Source: the human T2T-CHM13v2.0 reference genome, Homo sapiens. From it: a stretch of 64,000 nucleotides of DNA. Both the position numbers and the translations under genes were made by a program. The stretch is from the NCBI RefSeq assembly GCF_009914755.1, contig NC_060944.1. One strand, given 5' to 3'. Below are positions 1-14,434 of the stretch, piece by piece. Position 1 is the stretch's first letter, and every line of letters starts with the position of its first letter. The notes beneath the pieces are model-generated. The model was not told the DNA's origin and made no database searches. It worked only from the letters and a program-made list of their open reading frames with translations.

Positions 1-1052
1 GAGAGGCATCTACAAGGGCTCAGGGTCTGACATTCCAAGCCAATTATTCTGCCCAGTACTGGTCCAGTTTACCAAAGGGAACTGAAAGAGAAGAGGGGCC
101 TCCAGAGGGGCCCCACTGCCTATGTGTGCCTTGAGGTCTTGCAGGACAAGAAGCTGCTTGACAGATGGAGAGAGCTGTAATGGGCACTCCAGGCAGGAGC
201 TGTAAAGGTAGCAGGGAGGTGTGAACTAGCAGAGAGAGATGGAGGAGGATGTAATTAGTCCATGTGTGATGGTGGCGCCGTGGGGAGGGTTGTCATGGGG
301 AGAGCTAGAGAAGCACAGAGCGGCTGGTGCGGAGGGAGGCCTTGCTGCTGCTTCTTGGGGCTGGAATGTTCTCCAGGAGGTGGGCAGGGAGCTTGCAGGG
401 GGTGAGATCAGGTGTATGCTTTGAAAAGCAGTGTTTTCTACGCTGGCTGTGCCTCCTGGGTGGCACTGCCCACCATTCCAGGGGTCCATGGTGGACATTT
501 TACACTGGATTAATTTCATGTCTATTTTGACTCAATTCAATAACTGACACGTCAATCCTGGGTTGCTGTTAGGATGAGGCTAAGGCACAGAGGGATAGAT
601 TATTTTAAAAAATAAGTTAAGTGAGAATGAGCTAGTTGATGTGGAGAGAAATGTTGACTCAGTTACAGAACAGTAATAATCAGATGTGGCCAAATGGCCG
701 GAATGGCACCTGGTGACAGGTGGTTGGAGGCCCAGGCTCTACGGCCCCCGCTGGCTTGTGTTAAGGATGATGTCGTGCACATTTGAGGGCTGGGGAAGGA
801 GGGACTTGAGAGGGCCTGTGGGTACCAATTCAATTCATGAGCGAGGAGGTGAGGCTGGGGCCAAAGATGGGGAGGCCACCTTGTAAGGTGAAGTGGGGTG
901 CAGCTCCTCAGCCTGGAACATGGATGATAATGGGCTGGAGAAGCCGGCCTCTGGAGAGGCAGAGTCCCCAGGGAAGTGGCTCTAGGGAGAAGGCTGAGGC
1001 AGAGGCCAGGGGAGGGGGCACAGTCAGAATGGGGAGCAAGTTGTTTGATAAG

Positions 1053-1152
1053 TAGGGTTGCAGATAAAATGCAGGATGCCCAGTTAAATCTGATTTCCAT
1101 ACACACAACAAAAAACATTTTAGCATCTGTGTGTCCCTAATATTGCATGGAT
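1053..1152. mobile_element. MER53-like hAT MITE (one arm)
   Basis: TAGGGTTGCAGATAAAATGCAGGATGCCCAGTTAAATCTGATTT...GTCCCTAATATTGCATGG matches the recalled MER53 consensus. Confidence 0.7.
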
Positions 1153-2195
1153 GAGTGTGGCAATTTGGGTATGGACAGAGAAGAGGGTCAAAACCAGGGA
1201 GATGTGTGAGATAGATTGTGCTTAATGGTTTAATTATTATTTTTATGTAAGTTCTTTTATGCCATACATAGGGCAAAAAAAGAATAAATCAGAAAATGAG
1301 AAAAGCACAAAGATGATTTAAAAGCGCGTCCACAGTCACCTAACCCAGAATGAACTGCCATTAACCTGCTGGTATACATTACCCTCCAGCTTCTAGAGTC
1401 TGGGGATGCCAAAAGGCACAGCACAGGGACTCTGGTCCCCTCTGAACTTCCATCTCTACAACAATGCCTGGCCCACGGTAGGCGGGCAATACATTTTTGG
1501 TGAATGAATAAATAAATCTTTCTAGGCTTTTTTTTTCTTATACATATATAACTGCATTTATCCAATTATCATTTTTATAAAATGGGGTCATCCTATACCT
1601 ATTATTTGAAATCTATTGTTTTAACTTAATAATAGATTTAGCGATCTTTGTGGAAGGTTGATTTTGTTTTTTAAGACTGTGGGGACTAACACACATTCAC
1701 ACATTCACAGTCTGCCGCGGAGGAACTAGAGATGATGCAGGGGCAGAAGCAGGAGATGTAATAACTCAGGGAGGCCGGTGCCCTAATCAAGAAGAGTCCA
1801 ATAAAAACAGGCTAAACTCTTCAAACAAAAGAAATATGTGGCTTGCAGTGGAATTTTCAAAATGTATTAAAAAAGGTGTAAAATGAAAACTGCAAGTCTC
1901 TTCCTACCCCGAAGCCTTGGTTGCTTCCTTCAAACAGAATCACTTTAACAGTTCCTTGTGCATCCTCCCAGAAAATGGTTTCATGCCGATCTCTGCTATT
2001 AAAGTTTTTTTTTTTTTATGAATGCAATCTTTCTATCCACATCGTTTTGCATTTTGCTTTTTACACTTAAATTGTCAGAGATAGTTTTCCATCTCAGACT
2101 TATCTCTTATGGAAAAGACAAAATAGTATTCCATTATTTAGATGAATCTTGATGTAGCTAAGCAAGCCTCTGTTAATGGTCATTTAGGTTGTGGT

Positions 2196-2220
2196 ACACA
2201 CACACACACACACACACACA
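2196..2220. repeat. (CA)n microsatellite
   Basis: Visible run of about 12 CA units. Confidence 0.95.
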
Positions 2221-3856
2221 ATTATCAAAACAACAATACATTGGACATCCTTTTAAATATGTCTTGGTATAAATATTGTGGGTCTCCACTGGAGAAATTC
2301 TTAACAGAAAAATTGAATATGCATTAATATGTCAATAGATTTGGCCAAATTGTCCTCCAAAAATACTGTTTCAATTTATCTTCCATCGGTGATGTACAAG
2401 AGTGCCTGTGTCCTTAGATCTTGGGCCACACTGGATATTAGCAAATATAGAAAGCAAAGTTTTCATTTTTACAAGTCTAACATATGAATATTGGAAGGGA
2501 AATGACAAGTTAATGAAGGTTTGTGGTTAACCGCACATTTTTGTGCCTACAAATAAACAAGGGGTGCAAGTTAATCAGCATATACTCCATTAACTTGGAT
2601 TCTTACCCTTCTGTTTATTTTCACTGCCATCACTCTGGCTCAAGTCACCATCATTTTTCAGATGAAAAGCTGACAGGGGCCTCTCGCTGTTTCCCTGGCA
2701 CTCACTCTGGCCCCTGTAATTCATTCTCCACGGAGCAGCAAGCATGATCTTTAAAAAATGCAAATCAGCATTCTGCTTCTGCAATACAGCTTATCTGAAT
2801 ATTCTGAGGGCCTTCCCCACTGTGCCTAACTAGATTTGGTATAAATTATACTTTTTCATAAAGTAGGGAAGCCTCTGAGTTCTCTGGCTCCCAAAGTGAG
2901 CTTAAGGGGGGCCTGCCTGTAGAGCCCCTCCTGAGGACAGATGTCAATGTCTTCTTTGACTGTGGCATGAGATTGGGCAGACCAGGGCCTAGAGTGGTTC
3001 CAAGCTGCTGATGCCCCTGGCTCCTGGGAGAAGCAAATATAAATAATCCCTAGAAGAAAGCATTATTATTTTCAATTCTAAGATTTTTCACAGATCAAGA
3101 TCAAATAAATATGAGTTCTCAAAGGTCACCCAATACACAAGTAAGCAATCCACTATGGAGTAAGAGTTGGCAGAAGCAAAAAATGAACATCTCATGAATA
3201 TCAGATATTGGAATTATCTATCACAGAATATAGAATAATATACATGAAATGTTTAATAAAGTAAAACATGGAATTTAAAAATTGAGCAAACAGCATGAGC
3301 CTGTAAAAATGACCAAGTAGATCTGGAAAATGAACAAATAAAACTTTGAGAAACAAAAATAACGTTGTTGAAATAAGAACTTAGTGGCTGGTTCAGGGAG
3401 CAGATTAGACACTGTTGAAAAGGAGATTAGTGAAATGGAAAATAGGTGTAAAGAAATTACCCAAAATTTAGGGAAAAAAGAGAGGGGATGCAAACTAAGA
3501 CAAAGAGGTTAAGAGACATAGGAGCTATCATGAGAAAGTCTAACTAATGTCTTCCATAAAGACAACAACAACAAAAAAGAAAGAGTAGAGGAGATGCAAT
3601 TGGTGAAGAAAATGTCTAACAGTTTTCCAGAAGTGATAAAAGACACCAAACTACTGGAAGCACAGTGAATACCAAGTGGGATTAAGAAAAATCCAAAGAA
3701 ATAAACACTTGACCCTGCAAAGCACCAAACAGAAAGTAGCCGCCAACCTAGATTTGTGTACCCATCAAAATACTCTTACAACAACAAGGGCAAAACAAAG
3801 ACATTTTCAAATAAACAATACTGAAAGTATTTATCACTCTACACTCTATTAAATGA

Positions 3857-4202
<346 letters not shown>

Positions 4203-5068
4203 TGATACCCTCTAATTTTGTGGGGTTAAGAAAAGAGGAAAAGGACAGAACAAAAATACTGGAAAACAGAAGTATGTAATTTGGAAGATAAATGATTAGG
4301 TTACTGTTCTAAATTTCTTGCATTAATCAGGAGAATAATTAAGATATTATAATTTCAAGAGTTAGCTGCTAAAATAATAGAAGCATTGTGTAACTTCCAA
4401 ACCAGAAGAAAGAAAGATAAAGTAATAGGAGTAAGTATAAATAAACTAATTCCTTAAATATTAAAAAAAAAAAAACAAGAAAGGAGGAAAAGAGCATAAA
4501 AAGTATAGTTTGTGGGAAATAAAACATGGTTAAAAACAAATATGAAAAAATGTAAATGGATTTAATTACCAATCAACAGAGATTATCTAATTGGATTTCG
4601 AAACCCCTAGCTATGTGTTATTTATAACAGACATACTTGAATTATAGGGACACAGAAAGTATGAAAGTAAAATAATTCATAAAACTTGCCAAATACTAAG
4701 TAAAAGGAAACTGGGTGGCTACATCAAAATCAGGTAGAGTAGGATACCCAATAAAAAGCACTATTAGGGATAAAGGTGGTCACTCCACAAAAGGTCCAAC
4801 CTGCCAAGAAAAGATGGCCATATCAGAACATACAAAGCAAACATTGCTATAGCTAGAGGGAAATGTTGACAAATCCATCGTTATAATGGCATAGTTTTGC
4901 ACAAGGCTTCTGATTATTTATAGACCAAGTAGACAAAAGATCAGTAATGACACCAAAGCTTAAAAAACACAATGAACAAGTTTAATTCCTTTCATATATA
5001 TGTGCGTGCCTGTGTGTGCATCCGTGTGTGTGTGTGTATGCAAGTGTGTTGTGTAAGCATAGTGTATA

Positions 5069-5410
5069 CAGTGGTCCCCCCATGTGCGGTTTTGCTTTCC
5101 ATGGTTTCAGTTACCTGCAGTCAACCATGATCTGGAAATATTAAATGGAAAATTCCAGAAATAAACAACTCATACATTTTAAATTGAGTGCTGTTCTGAG
5201 TAGCGTGATGAAATCTTGCACCATTCTGCTGCATCCCACCCTGGATGTGAAACCCCCTTTTGTCTAGTGTATCCACTTATACACTACCTGCCCTATACAA
5301 TGCAATAATAGGAAAAAACATAGTATACATAGGATTTGGTATTATCCACAGTCTGAGACACCCACTGGGGGTCATGGAATGCCTCCCCTGAGGATAAGGG
5401 GGGACTAATG
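5069..5410 (+). mobile_element. MER44A (TcMar-Tigger MITE)
   Basis: CAGTGGTCCCCC...GGATAAGGGGGGACTAATG termini flanked by TA at 5067-5068 and 5411-5412; internal sequence matches the recalled MER44A consensus. Confidence 0.85.
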
Positions 5411-6306
5411 TACACACACACTCACACACACATACATATATATATTACTGTGTCCAAAAATTAGAGTATGAACATTCTTTTCAAACACATGTGCAACATT
5501 TACAAAAACTGTCCCCATACTAGGCCATACAATGTCTCAACAAATTCAAATAATTGGTATTATACAGGCTACAGTTCTGATTACAATGCAAAGAAATTAA
5601 AAGCCAGTAATAAAAATATTTCAAACATTTCTATGTGTTTGGAAATTAAGAAACACTTCCCAAACACTCAGGCATCAATGGAGAAATCAAAATCAAAATC
5701 AAAAGAACACTGATCTTAGAACTAAGCAAAAAGTGAAAATAGTACACATCAAAACTCATGGAATGCAGATAAATCAATACTTCGAGGTAAACCTATAGGC
5801 TTATGAGCATATTGTTAAAAGAAGAAAGCCTAAGAATTAAAGATAACCGTCCAATTTAAGAAGTTAGAAAAAGAAAAATCAAGTAAGCCCAAATAAAGGA
5901 GAAGAAAAAAGCAGACGCTAATAAAATAGAAAACAAAGCTAGAAGAGAGAATGAACAAGGTCCAAGATGCTTCTGTGAAACCCCTGAGAGATTAGATCAA
6001 CCTCTGCTAAGACTGATCAAATAAAAGAAAGAAAGGAAAGGAAAGAAGAGTGGGTGAGTAGGGGGAAAAGAGGAGAGGAGAGATTAATACTATTGAGAAT
6101 GAAAAACGGACAAAATTACAGATCCAGCAGGTTTTTATAAAAAAAGTTTATGATCCAATGTGTGTGTTTATAACCTGAATAGTTCCATAACTGTTGAAGA
6201 AATTGAGGAGTAATTTAAAAATCTGCCCCCTGCCCCAAACATAACCCAAACCAACACCAAACAACAAACAAACCAACCAAAACAAACAAACAAACAAAAC
6301 CAGGCA

Positions 6307-6453
6307 GACCAGGTGCAGTGGCTCACGCCTGTAATCCCAGCACTCTGGTAGGCTGAGGCAGGTGGATTGCTTGAATCCAGGAGTTCGAGACTCCAGCCTG
6401 GGCAACGTGGAGAAAACCCATCTCTACAAAAAATAAAAACAAAAAAAAATTAG
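6307..6453 (+). mobile_element. Alu left monomer (FLAM-C/AluJ)
   Basis: GGCTCACGCCTGTAATCCCAGC...GGATTGCTTGAATCCAGGAGTTCGAGAC...CCCATCTCTAC followed by an A-rich tail. Confidence 0.85.
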
Positions 6454-6764
<311 letters not shown>

Positions 6765-6842
6765 TCACTCCAGTTTTACATAAACTCGTCCAGAAAGTAG
6801 AAAAAGGGTGCAATCTCCAACTCACTCTGTGAGCTCTTAGTA

Positions 6843-7860
6843 TGGACGGCAGATCTAGGTTTTGTGGAGCCTGAAGTTTATTCAATTTTGGGGGCCCTCT
6901 TAAGAAAAAGAATGGAAATTCATACAAAAATTCACAATTGGCATAAAAATAAATATTTAGGATGGGAAAATTAACAATAAATTACACATTTTATAAAGCT
7001 GACACGTACCACAAACACAATAAAATTCAGAGAACTCATATATTACTTTTATTACTCAATAACTTGAGTCTTCTATGATAATGTTTTCCTACATGTTTTA
7101 GATTGGGTTGGCTTTGCCTCTTCATATGACAAAGATTTCATATTTTTATTTTCTATGGCAGGAGGTGAAAGTCCACTTATTCTTTCTTTGTTGATTAAAA
7201 ATATTTTTTGTTACCAATCATTCAGAAAGTTTCTTTTTCAGCTTAACAACTCATTATTATAATGTCATAAGTTTTTAGGATTATCAAATTTGGAAAACTT
7301 CTATGAAGTTTCTTTCATGTATAAGCTATGAGATTTACAACAACTTTCCCTAGACCAGCTTCTGGTTCTGCACATTTCACGCCTGTCTCTCCACTGCCCC
7401 ATGGTTCTAGTGATTGGTGCTGAGGACACATTCATGGTGCACCTTCACACCATGACAGCGGACAGGTAGGAGAGTGAGAAACAGGGGTATTTGGGGAAGC
7501 CTGTCCCACACTGACCTCGCTAGCGAGAACTTAACGACACATGGAAGTGGCTGCATAACACACAAACTTACGGCACTAACTAAAAGAATTCCCAACTCAA
7601 CCTCTCTGTAAGCTGATCCCCCAAGTGCCAGCGGTCACTTCAACATTCACAGCAAAAGGCAGAGTGTGAAGAACCAGTGAAAGAACCAGTGAAAGACAAT
7701 GTGGGAAGAGACTGTCTCTTCACTGATTAATGTTGAAATATGCTATGTTTTCAAAAACTTAAGTCCATGTGAACACATTGCTAAGGTTCTCACACTCTAT
7801 ATACCCTTCCGGGTTTTGGAAAGCACTCTTGCAAGACAGAGACCCTGAATCCTTTTGAGG
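6843..7860 (+). mobile_element. hAT-Tip100-type DNA transposon relic (Zaphod/MER115-like)
   Basis: The start GGCAGATCTAGGTTTTGTGGAGCCTGAAGTTTATTCAATTTTGGGGGCCCTCT resembles recalled Tip100-family ends, and it interrupts L1 ORF2. Family and right boundary are uncertain. Confidence 0.45.
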
Positions 7861-9769
7861 GCAGTGTGAAAAGGAAAAATTAAGGACAGTATGAGAGAGG
7901 AAAGTTATAGGCCAATCGCATTTATGGACATGGTTGTGAAAGTCGTAAGTAAAATATGAGTAAATGGAATGTAAAGATAACACATTATGTCCATGTTGGG
8001 TCTATCCTAATAATGCAACTCATTAACATTAGAAAAATCTGTAAATATCTTTGCCACATTCACAGATTAAAAGATCTTTCCAAAGATGCAGAAAATGCAT
8101 TTGATAAAATTCCAAACCCATTCGTAATTTAAAAATGAGAAATAGTTTGATATGTATCTATGCTGATTAAGGGCACTGTGTACCAAAAAAGCCTATTCTA
8201 AATGATATTTCTTAGTGATGAAATTCTGAACTTCTGAGATCAGGAATAAATAAGACAAACATGCCTCCATCACAATGAATGACAATGACTTTCAATGTTT
8301 TACTGACAGTCCTTGCAGCAAAACAAGAAAAAGAAATAAAAGGCATAAGTATTTTAAAAGAAAGAAAATGATCACTATTTGTAGATGATATGATTGTCTA
8401 TGTAAAAACTCAAAATCTACAGACAAATTATTAGAAATAATGAGAGTGTTTAGAAAGATGGCTGGATAAAAGAAATCAATATGTAAGAATCAATTACATC
8501 TTGTAACAGCACATAGTTGTGGGGAGGGAATATATCATTTACAACAGTAGTAAAAAATATAAGATACCTAGGAATAAATTTTATAAAAATATGCAAGATG
8601 TGTTTGGAGAAAATTATTAAAATTTCTTGAAAGACATTAAAGATATAAATAAATGAAGTGAGATATATTCAAGGATAGACAATATTAAGAGATGTCTACC
8701 TTCTACAAACTGGTTCACAGGTATAATAGATTCCAGTCAAAATCCCAACAGGTTATCTTATTTTTTTGGGATCTTGAGAAGATGGTTATAAAATGTATAT
8801 GAAAGAGCAAAGGTGTCAGGAATTGAAAAATAGTAAGATATAGGGACGTGTTGTATCAGAGCTCTTAGAAGATTTATTGAAAACTCGAGTAACTGTAGCA
8901 TTGTATATTCTGTGAAAAGATAAACAAATTGACCAAAACAATAGAACAGAGAGCTCAGATGGTGACTCCTGAAATTTACAGAGGCTTGCTAGTTTACAGG
9001 ATTGCTGCTAAGTGGAGAAGAGAGGGCTGGTCAAGAAATAGAGCCAGGACAATTGGTTATCCCCGTGGAAAGGAAAAGAAGTCGGTTCATACCCCCAAAT
9101 CAACTTCCAATGGGCGGGGGGAGGAACTTAAATGTACAAAAAGATAAAATGCTAAAGCTTTTAGAAGAAAATGTAGAAGAATATCTTATGACCGCGAGCT
9201 AGCAAAGGATTTCTTAAAATGCGCAAGTGCAGAAAGCACAGAAAGGCAAGCTGGTAAATACGATCCTATTAAAATGAGGAACTTCTGTTATTCAAAAGAT
9301 ATCATAAAGAGGATGAAAAGACATCTACAACACACATGACCAACAGAGGATTAAGATACAGGTTGTGTAAAGAAGTCCTCCAAATCTTAAGGAGAAGATA
9401 AATCATACCAGAGAAAAATAGATGTTAAGACACAAGTTGGTATTTCACAAAAGAGGAAATGAGAGTGGTAAATAAAGATATATAGAGACGTCAAATGCAT
9501 TAATAGTCAGGGCCGTGCAAATTAAGACCCAATGAGGCTATATTCTGTACACACTGGATTAGCCAAATTTATGAATTGCAAAAATAGCAAGAGTAGGTGA
9601 GGACCAATGGGAACCCTGCCCATGGGAGCATAAACTGGGATGAATACTTAGTAAAATAACTTTTGTAAGTTAACTTTATAGGCATTTACAGCATGAGATC
9701 AGTGGTTTACAAACATTTTCTGTGAATCACAATCAGAAATACATCTTACATCACCATCTGATATATACG

Positions 9770-10265
9770 CCTGTGCATACGCATGCACTGACACATACAG
9801 ACACAATGAAAACATGCACAAACACATACACATGCACTCACACACAATGCAAGCATGCATACATGCACACACATGCACTGACACACAATGCAAGCACGCA
9901 TACATGCACACACATGCACTCACACACAATGCAAGCATATACACACATACACATAATGCAAGCATGCACACATGCATACACATGCACTCACACACAATGC
10001 AAGCATGCATACACACATACACATGCACTCACACACAATGCAAGCATGCACACATGCATACACGTGCACTCACACACAAGGCAAGCATACACACACATAC
10101 ACATGCACTCACACACAATGCAAGCATGCATACATGCATACACGCACTCACACACAATGCAAGCATGCACACACACATACAGATGCACTCACACACAATG
10201 CAAGCATGCACACACATATATATGCACTCACAGTGCATGCACACAGGCACATAAACATGCACATA
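9770..10265. repeat. CA-rich minisatellite, about 41-bp unit, about 10 copies, inside a hAT-Charlie-like MITE (about 9700-10425)
   Basis: The unit CATGCACTCACACACAATGCAAGCATGCAYACAYRCAYACA recurs at 9831, 9872, 9913, 9981, 10022, 10063, 10102, 10143 and 10182. Confidence 0.9.
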
Positions 10266-10870
10266 ATGGAAACAAAAGTTTCAGGAAACAATATTGGCTC
10301 TTACTATGAGACATCCACTCCCAAGTATTCTCTTCTCTTTCATTAAGAAAAGACACTGGTTGGGCCCCACTAATGTGAGTCATGAGCCATTAAGAGATCA
10401 TGACTGTGATTTTGGTAACTCTAGCACATTTACACCCAGCAACAAGTCCAAGAAGGTTCCTAAGAGCCTTATTTGTAAAAGCCAAAAGCTAGAGACAAAC
10501 GAGATGATGGTAGATAGAAGAAGAGAAAAATAACTTGCAGCTTCCTCACACATTGGAATATTATCCAGAAGTGAAAATGGAGGAACTACAGCCACACCTA
10601 ATAGTGTGCTCACACCTTAGAAACATAATATCGAGTGCCAAAAGCAAACACAGAAGAATACATACAGGGAGCTATGACTTTCATCAACCTCAGGAACAAG
10701 CACAGCTAAAAAAAATACCCCGTTTAGGGGGCACCTGTACCCTGAAAAAAAAACAAGGAAAAGATAAACACAAAATTCAGAAAGGGAGAACAGGTGAGTG
10801 GACAAAGACATGGGCAACGTTGTGCTTTTTGGGATGAGGGCTGGGCTCACGGGTGTCCACATTATGTTCA

Positions 10871-11309
10871 CAGCTGACCTTTAACAACACGACACCAGAG
10901 TTAGGGGCACCAGTGCCCCACACAGTTGAAAATCTACCGGTAACTTTCAACTCCCCCAAAACCTAACTATTAATAGTCTACAGTTAACCAGAAGCCTAAC
11001 TGATAACATAGTCAATTCACACATATTTTATATACAGTATGTATTATATACTGTATTCTTACAATAAAGTGAGCTAGAGAAAAGGTTATTGACAAAATCA
11101 TAAGGAAGAGAAAACATATTTAGGATTCATTAGCTGGAAGCGGATCATCATAAAGGTCTTCATCCTCATCACCTTCATGTTGAGTAGGCTGAGGAGGAGG
11201 AGGAAGAGGAGGGGCTGGTCTTGCTGTCTCAGGGGCAGCAGAGGCAGAAGAAAATCTGGGGATAAGTGGACCTGGGCAGGTGAAACTCATGTGGTTTAAG
11301 GGTCAACTG
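10871..11309 (-). mobile_element. Tigger2a (MER28)
   Basis: Terminal inverted repeats CAGCTGACCTTTAACAACAC and GTTTAAGGGTCAACTG; internal GGATCATCATAAAGGTCTTCATCCTCATC...GAGGAGGAGGAGGAAGAGG is typical of Tigger2a. Confidence 0.85.
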
Positions 11310-11315
11310 CATTTC

Positions 11316-11691
11316 TTTTTTCTTTTCTTTTCTTTTCTTACTTTTCTTTTCTCTTCTCTCTTCTCTTCTCTTCTTTTCCTTTCCTTTCTTTTCTTTCCTT
11401 TTTTCTTGAGTCAGGGTTTCATTCTGTCGCGTAGGCTAGAGTACAATGGGATCGGCTCACTGCAGCCTCAAACTCCCCGGCTCAAGCCATCCTCTGGCCT
11501 CAGCCTCCTGAGTAGCTGGGATTACAGGTGTGCACCACTGCCACACTCAGCTAATTTTTAATTTTTTTTTTTGGTAGAGATGGGGTCTGGCTATGTTGCC
11601 CAATCTGGTCTCAAACTCCTGGGCTCAGTGATCCTCTTGCCTCGGCCTCCCAAAGCGTTGGGATTATAGGTGTGAGCCACTGTGCCTGGCT
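11316..11691 (-). mobile_element. AluJ with (CTTTT)n tail
   Basis: Dimeric Alu with J-type features; TSD GTCAACTG-CA/TG-TTTC at 11302-11315 and 11692-11705. Confidence 0.9.
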
Positions 11692-12261
11692 GTCAACTGT
11701 GTTTCAAAGTATACATATACTTTGTAGTCCTCAAATATCTAATAAAAATGCACATTTGATCAAGTCAGTCCTGTTGAAAGCCCCTTCCATTCTGAAGTGC
11801 TACGAGCCCCGTACTTTGCCTGTGATTCCTGTCTCACGATCATCTCCTGGCATTCTGCACCCACTGAGCGCCTGGCAGTCCCTTGGCCACACCCCACTTG
11901 TACCCACCCTGGGGCCTGTGCACTTGCCGGTCTGTCTGCCAGGAATGCTCTTTTTGGGCCTTCTGGCTCATTCTCCTCCTTCAGCTCAAGCGTCTCCTCT
12001 TCAGTGAGAACACCCCCATGACCTTGTCTCAAGGTGGGCCCTCTGGTGTCCCCTGGAGCCTGCTGCCCCCTGCACTCCTCCATAAACAATAGTGGGTCAC
12101 TGCCTGCTGGACACTGGCCCCAACTGGTGCAGATTGGACGCTTAGTGCTCACATGCCTCCTTCAGCCAAAGGGAGGGCTGAGGACACCTCTGTCTCCCTC
12201 AACTTGTCGTCTGCCAACCCTAGTGTCGTACCTGCCAGAGTCACACGACAAATATGGAGCT

Positions 12262-12441
12262 CTAGGACCAGTGGCCTCGTTTGAGGGCCCAGTGCAAATT
12301 GAAAATACACGGCCCCTTGTTCAAAAAGTTTTAAGAGTTTCAAGACGATGATGGCAGAGTGTTAAGGCCAGTGTGGGGCCCTTCTGAGTGTGGGACCATG
12401 TGCCTGACTGCATGGATGGTGTGCCCAGGAAGCCGGCCCTT
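12262..12441 (-). mobile_element. MER45A-like hAT MITE
   Basis: GGGCCCAGTGCAAATTGAAAAT...GGGGCCCTTCTGAG...GAAGCCGGCCCT end. Confidence 0.7.
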
Positions 12442-14434
12442 GGGGCCAGATAGAAGCCTTATCAAACGCTGCAGGGCTGGGGGCCACAGTGGCATGGCCT
12501 TAGTCTGAATGGGCCTGACCTTCTAGGCTGAGCTGCCTCCTTGAGCCCCAGAAACACTTGCTCTTCAACCCCCCTGTGCCCCGAGGGCAGGGACCTCGAC
12601 TGCATCCTCCAGAGGTTGAAGCCCAGGCTGAACCCAACACGTCTAGGTTGGAACTCAGGCCCTGCCCCTTCTGAGTGAGGTGGCTTTGGGTAAGAAGCCT
12701 CAGTGCCCTCGTCTGTCGCGGGGTCAGAGACATGTTTGGGGGAAAGGGGTGAGGTGGGTTGAGAGCCTCACCGGGGGTCGCACACACATGAAGGTGTGAC
12801 CCATGCCATCACCACCTCCTGTAGCAACACAGAACCAGAAACCTGTGCCTGCCACACTGCGCCCGGCACCTGGCTGGGGTCCCCACATGCCCTTGTCTCC
12901 CCAGCTGCTGCCAGGGCCATCAGCGGAGTGGGACCCAGCCTCCCCACCCTCCAGCCTTGAGGGCCCCGGGTCCCCCTCTCCAGGCTGGGCCCCTGTGCCC
13001 ACATCCCCCATCCTTGGCCTGAGTTACAGAGGGGGCGGTGGCTGCGCTTGAGGCCCTACCCCATTGAGGGTCAATGACATACCGTCTTTAGGATAATTTT
13101 TATGAGCAGATGAGAGCAGGGGCGTTTCTATTCAGTCCACTTTTCCTAGGGTTAATGAGTTCAGGTTGGTTTTCTGAATCCTAAAAAAGGCCTTTTTGTG
13201 TGCACAGCAACTGCTTTATTCAGCCATAACCTGTGCCCAGCCTGGGTCAGCTGTGGGAGAGGCTGGGGAGGGACTGTGACAGTGGGGTCAGAGGGGCTCG
13301 CAGTGGGCAGGGAGCCAGGCCCCAGGCAAATGGTCCTGTTGGTGCCAGGGGGCACCTGCTGTGCTTGCCAGAGGCTGTAGCAGCCCCTCATGGGCAGGTG
13401 CCAGCCTGGGGCAGGGTTGTGGCCCAATGAGACAGCCTGACGCCTGCCCCCAGGCCAGGCAGAGGGACAGACATTGCTCAAATCATCTCATGGATGAAAA
13501 CAGAAAGACAAATACTGACTCAGTGCTTGGAGGAAGCCCAGCGAGGGGGCTGCCTGAGTCTGGGAGATCAGAAAGCCCACCTGGGAAGCGACAGGGGAGA
13601 GAAAGGTGGGCTCCGTGGGCCTGAGCAACGGCAGGTGCAAGGGTCCTGAGGTGAGTGGGCTCCATGTGGCCAAGGAAGACACAGAGCTAATGTCGGGGGT
13701 CAGCATGGGGCAGACAGGCCGGGAGGGTGCAGGGGCCAGAGCAGGCCCTGAGGCTCAGGTGAGCTGGGTGGTTTGGTCTTTATCCTGACACCAGAAGTCC
13801 TTGGGGTGTTACAGGCAGAAGCTGCAAGGAAGAGTGGAACTGTGCATGGGAGAGTGGAGGAAGGCCGGGAGACCCCGAGGGGATGCCCCTGAGGGGGCCA
13901 GGCCAGGGTGGGTGAGGCCTGAGCCTGGCATGGAGGAAAGGGACCCCCTACGAGCGGCACTGAGGAAGAGTGGTCAGTTAGACTCTGGCCAGTGTCCAGT
14001 GAAATAAAAAACAAGTAACTCAAACTATGTAAAAAAGAAAAGTCACGATGCAAATTTGCATATGTATACTAGAAGGTCTGAACTTGCAGACACCAGCCAG
14101 TGACAGGGGCCCTTTGAGGAGTGAGGCCATGCAGGGGACAGCTCGAGAAAGACAGGGCTCCAGGGTCAGCAGCGTGGACACCAGAGGTCACAAGATGGGG
14201 GATGAGGAGGGGGTTGGCGGGAGTATGGGAGCTGGTGAAAGGGGCCTCCTGGGGGTGAGGGGGCATGCAGCGGGTGGAGGCTGAGGGGCAGATGCGGGTT
14301 TCAGGGAAGGAAGCTGTAGCACGACTGAAGCCTTAGGCCTGGCCACAGCTGCCCTGGAAAGTGGGTTCTCCCTGGGGGAGTCTCCCTGCCATGGGGAGAG
14401 GGCCCACTAGGAGGCCCAGGGAACAGACGCCTTG

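Noticed and set aside
9699-10346. His/Thr- and Cys/Val-rich ORFs (up to 195 aa)
   Set aside because: These are translations of the CA-rich minisatellite, which lacks stop codons in several frames.
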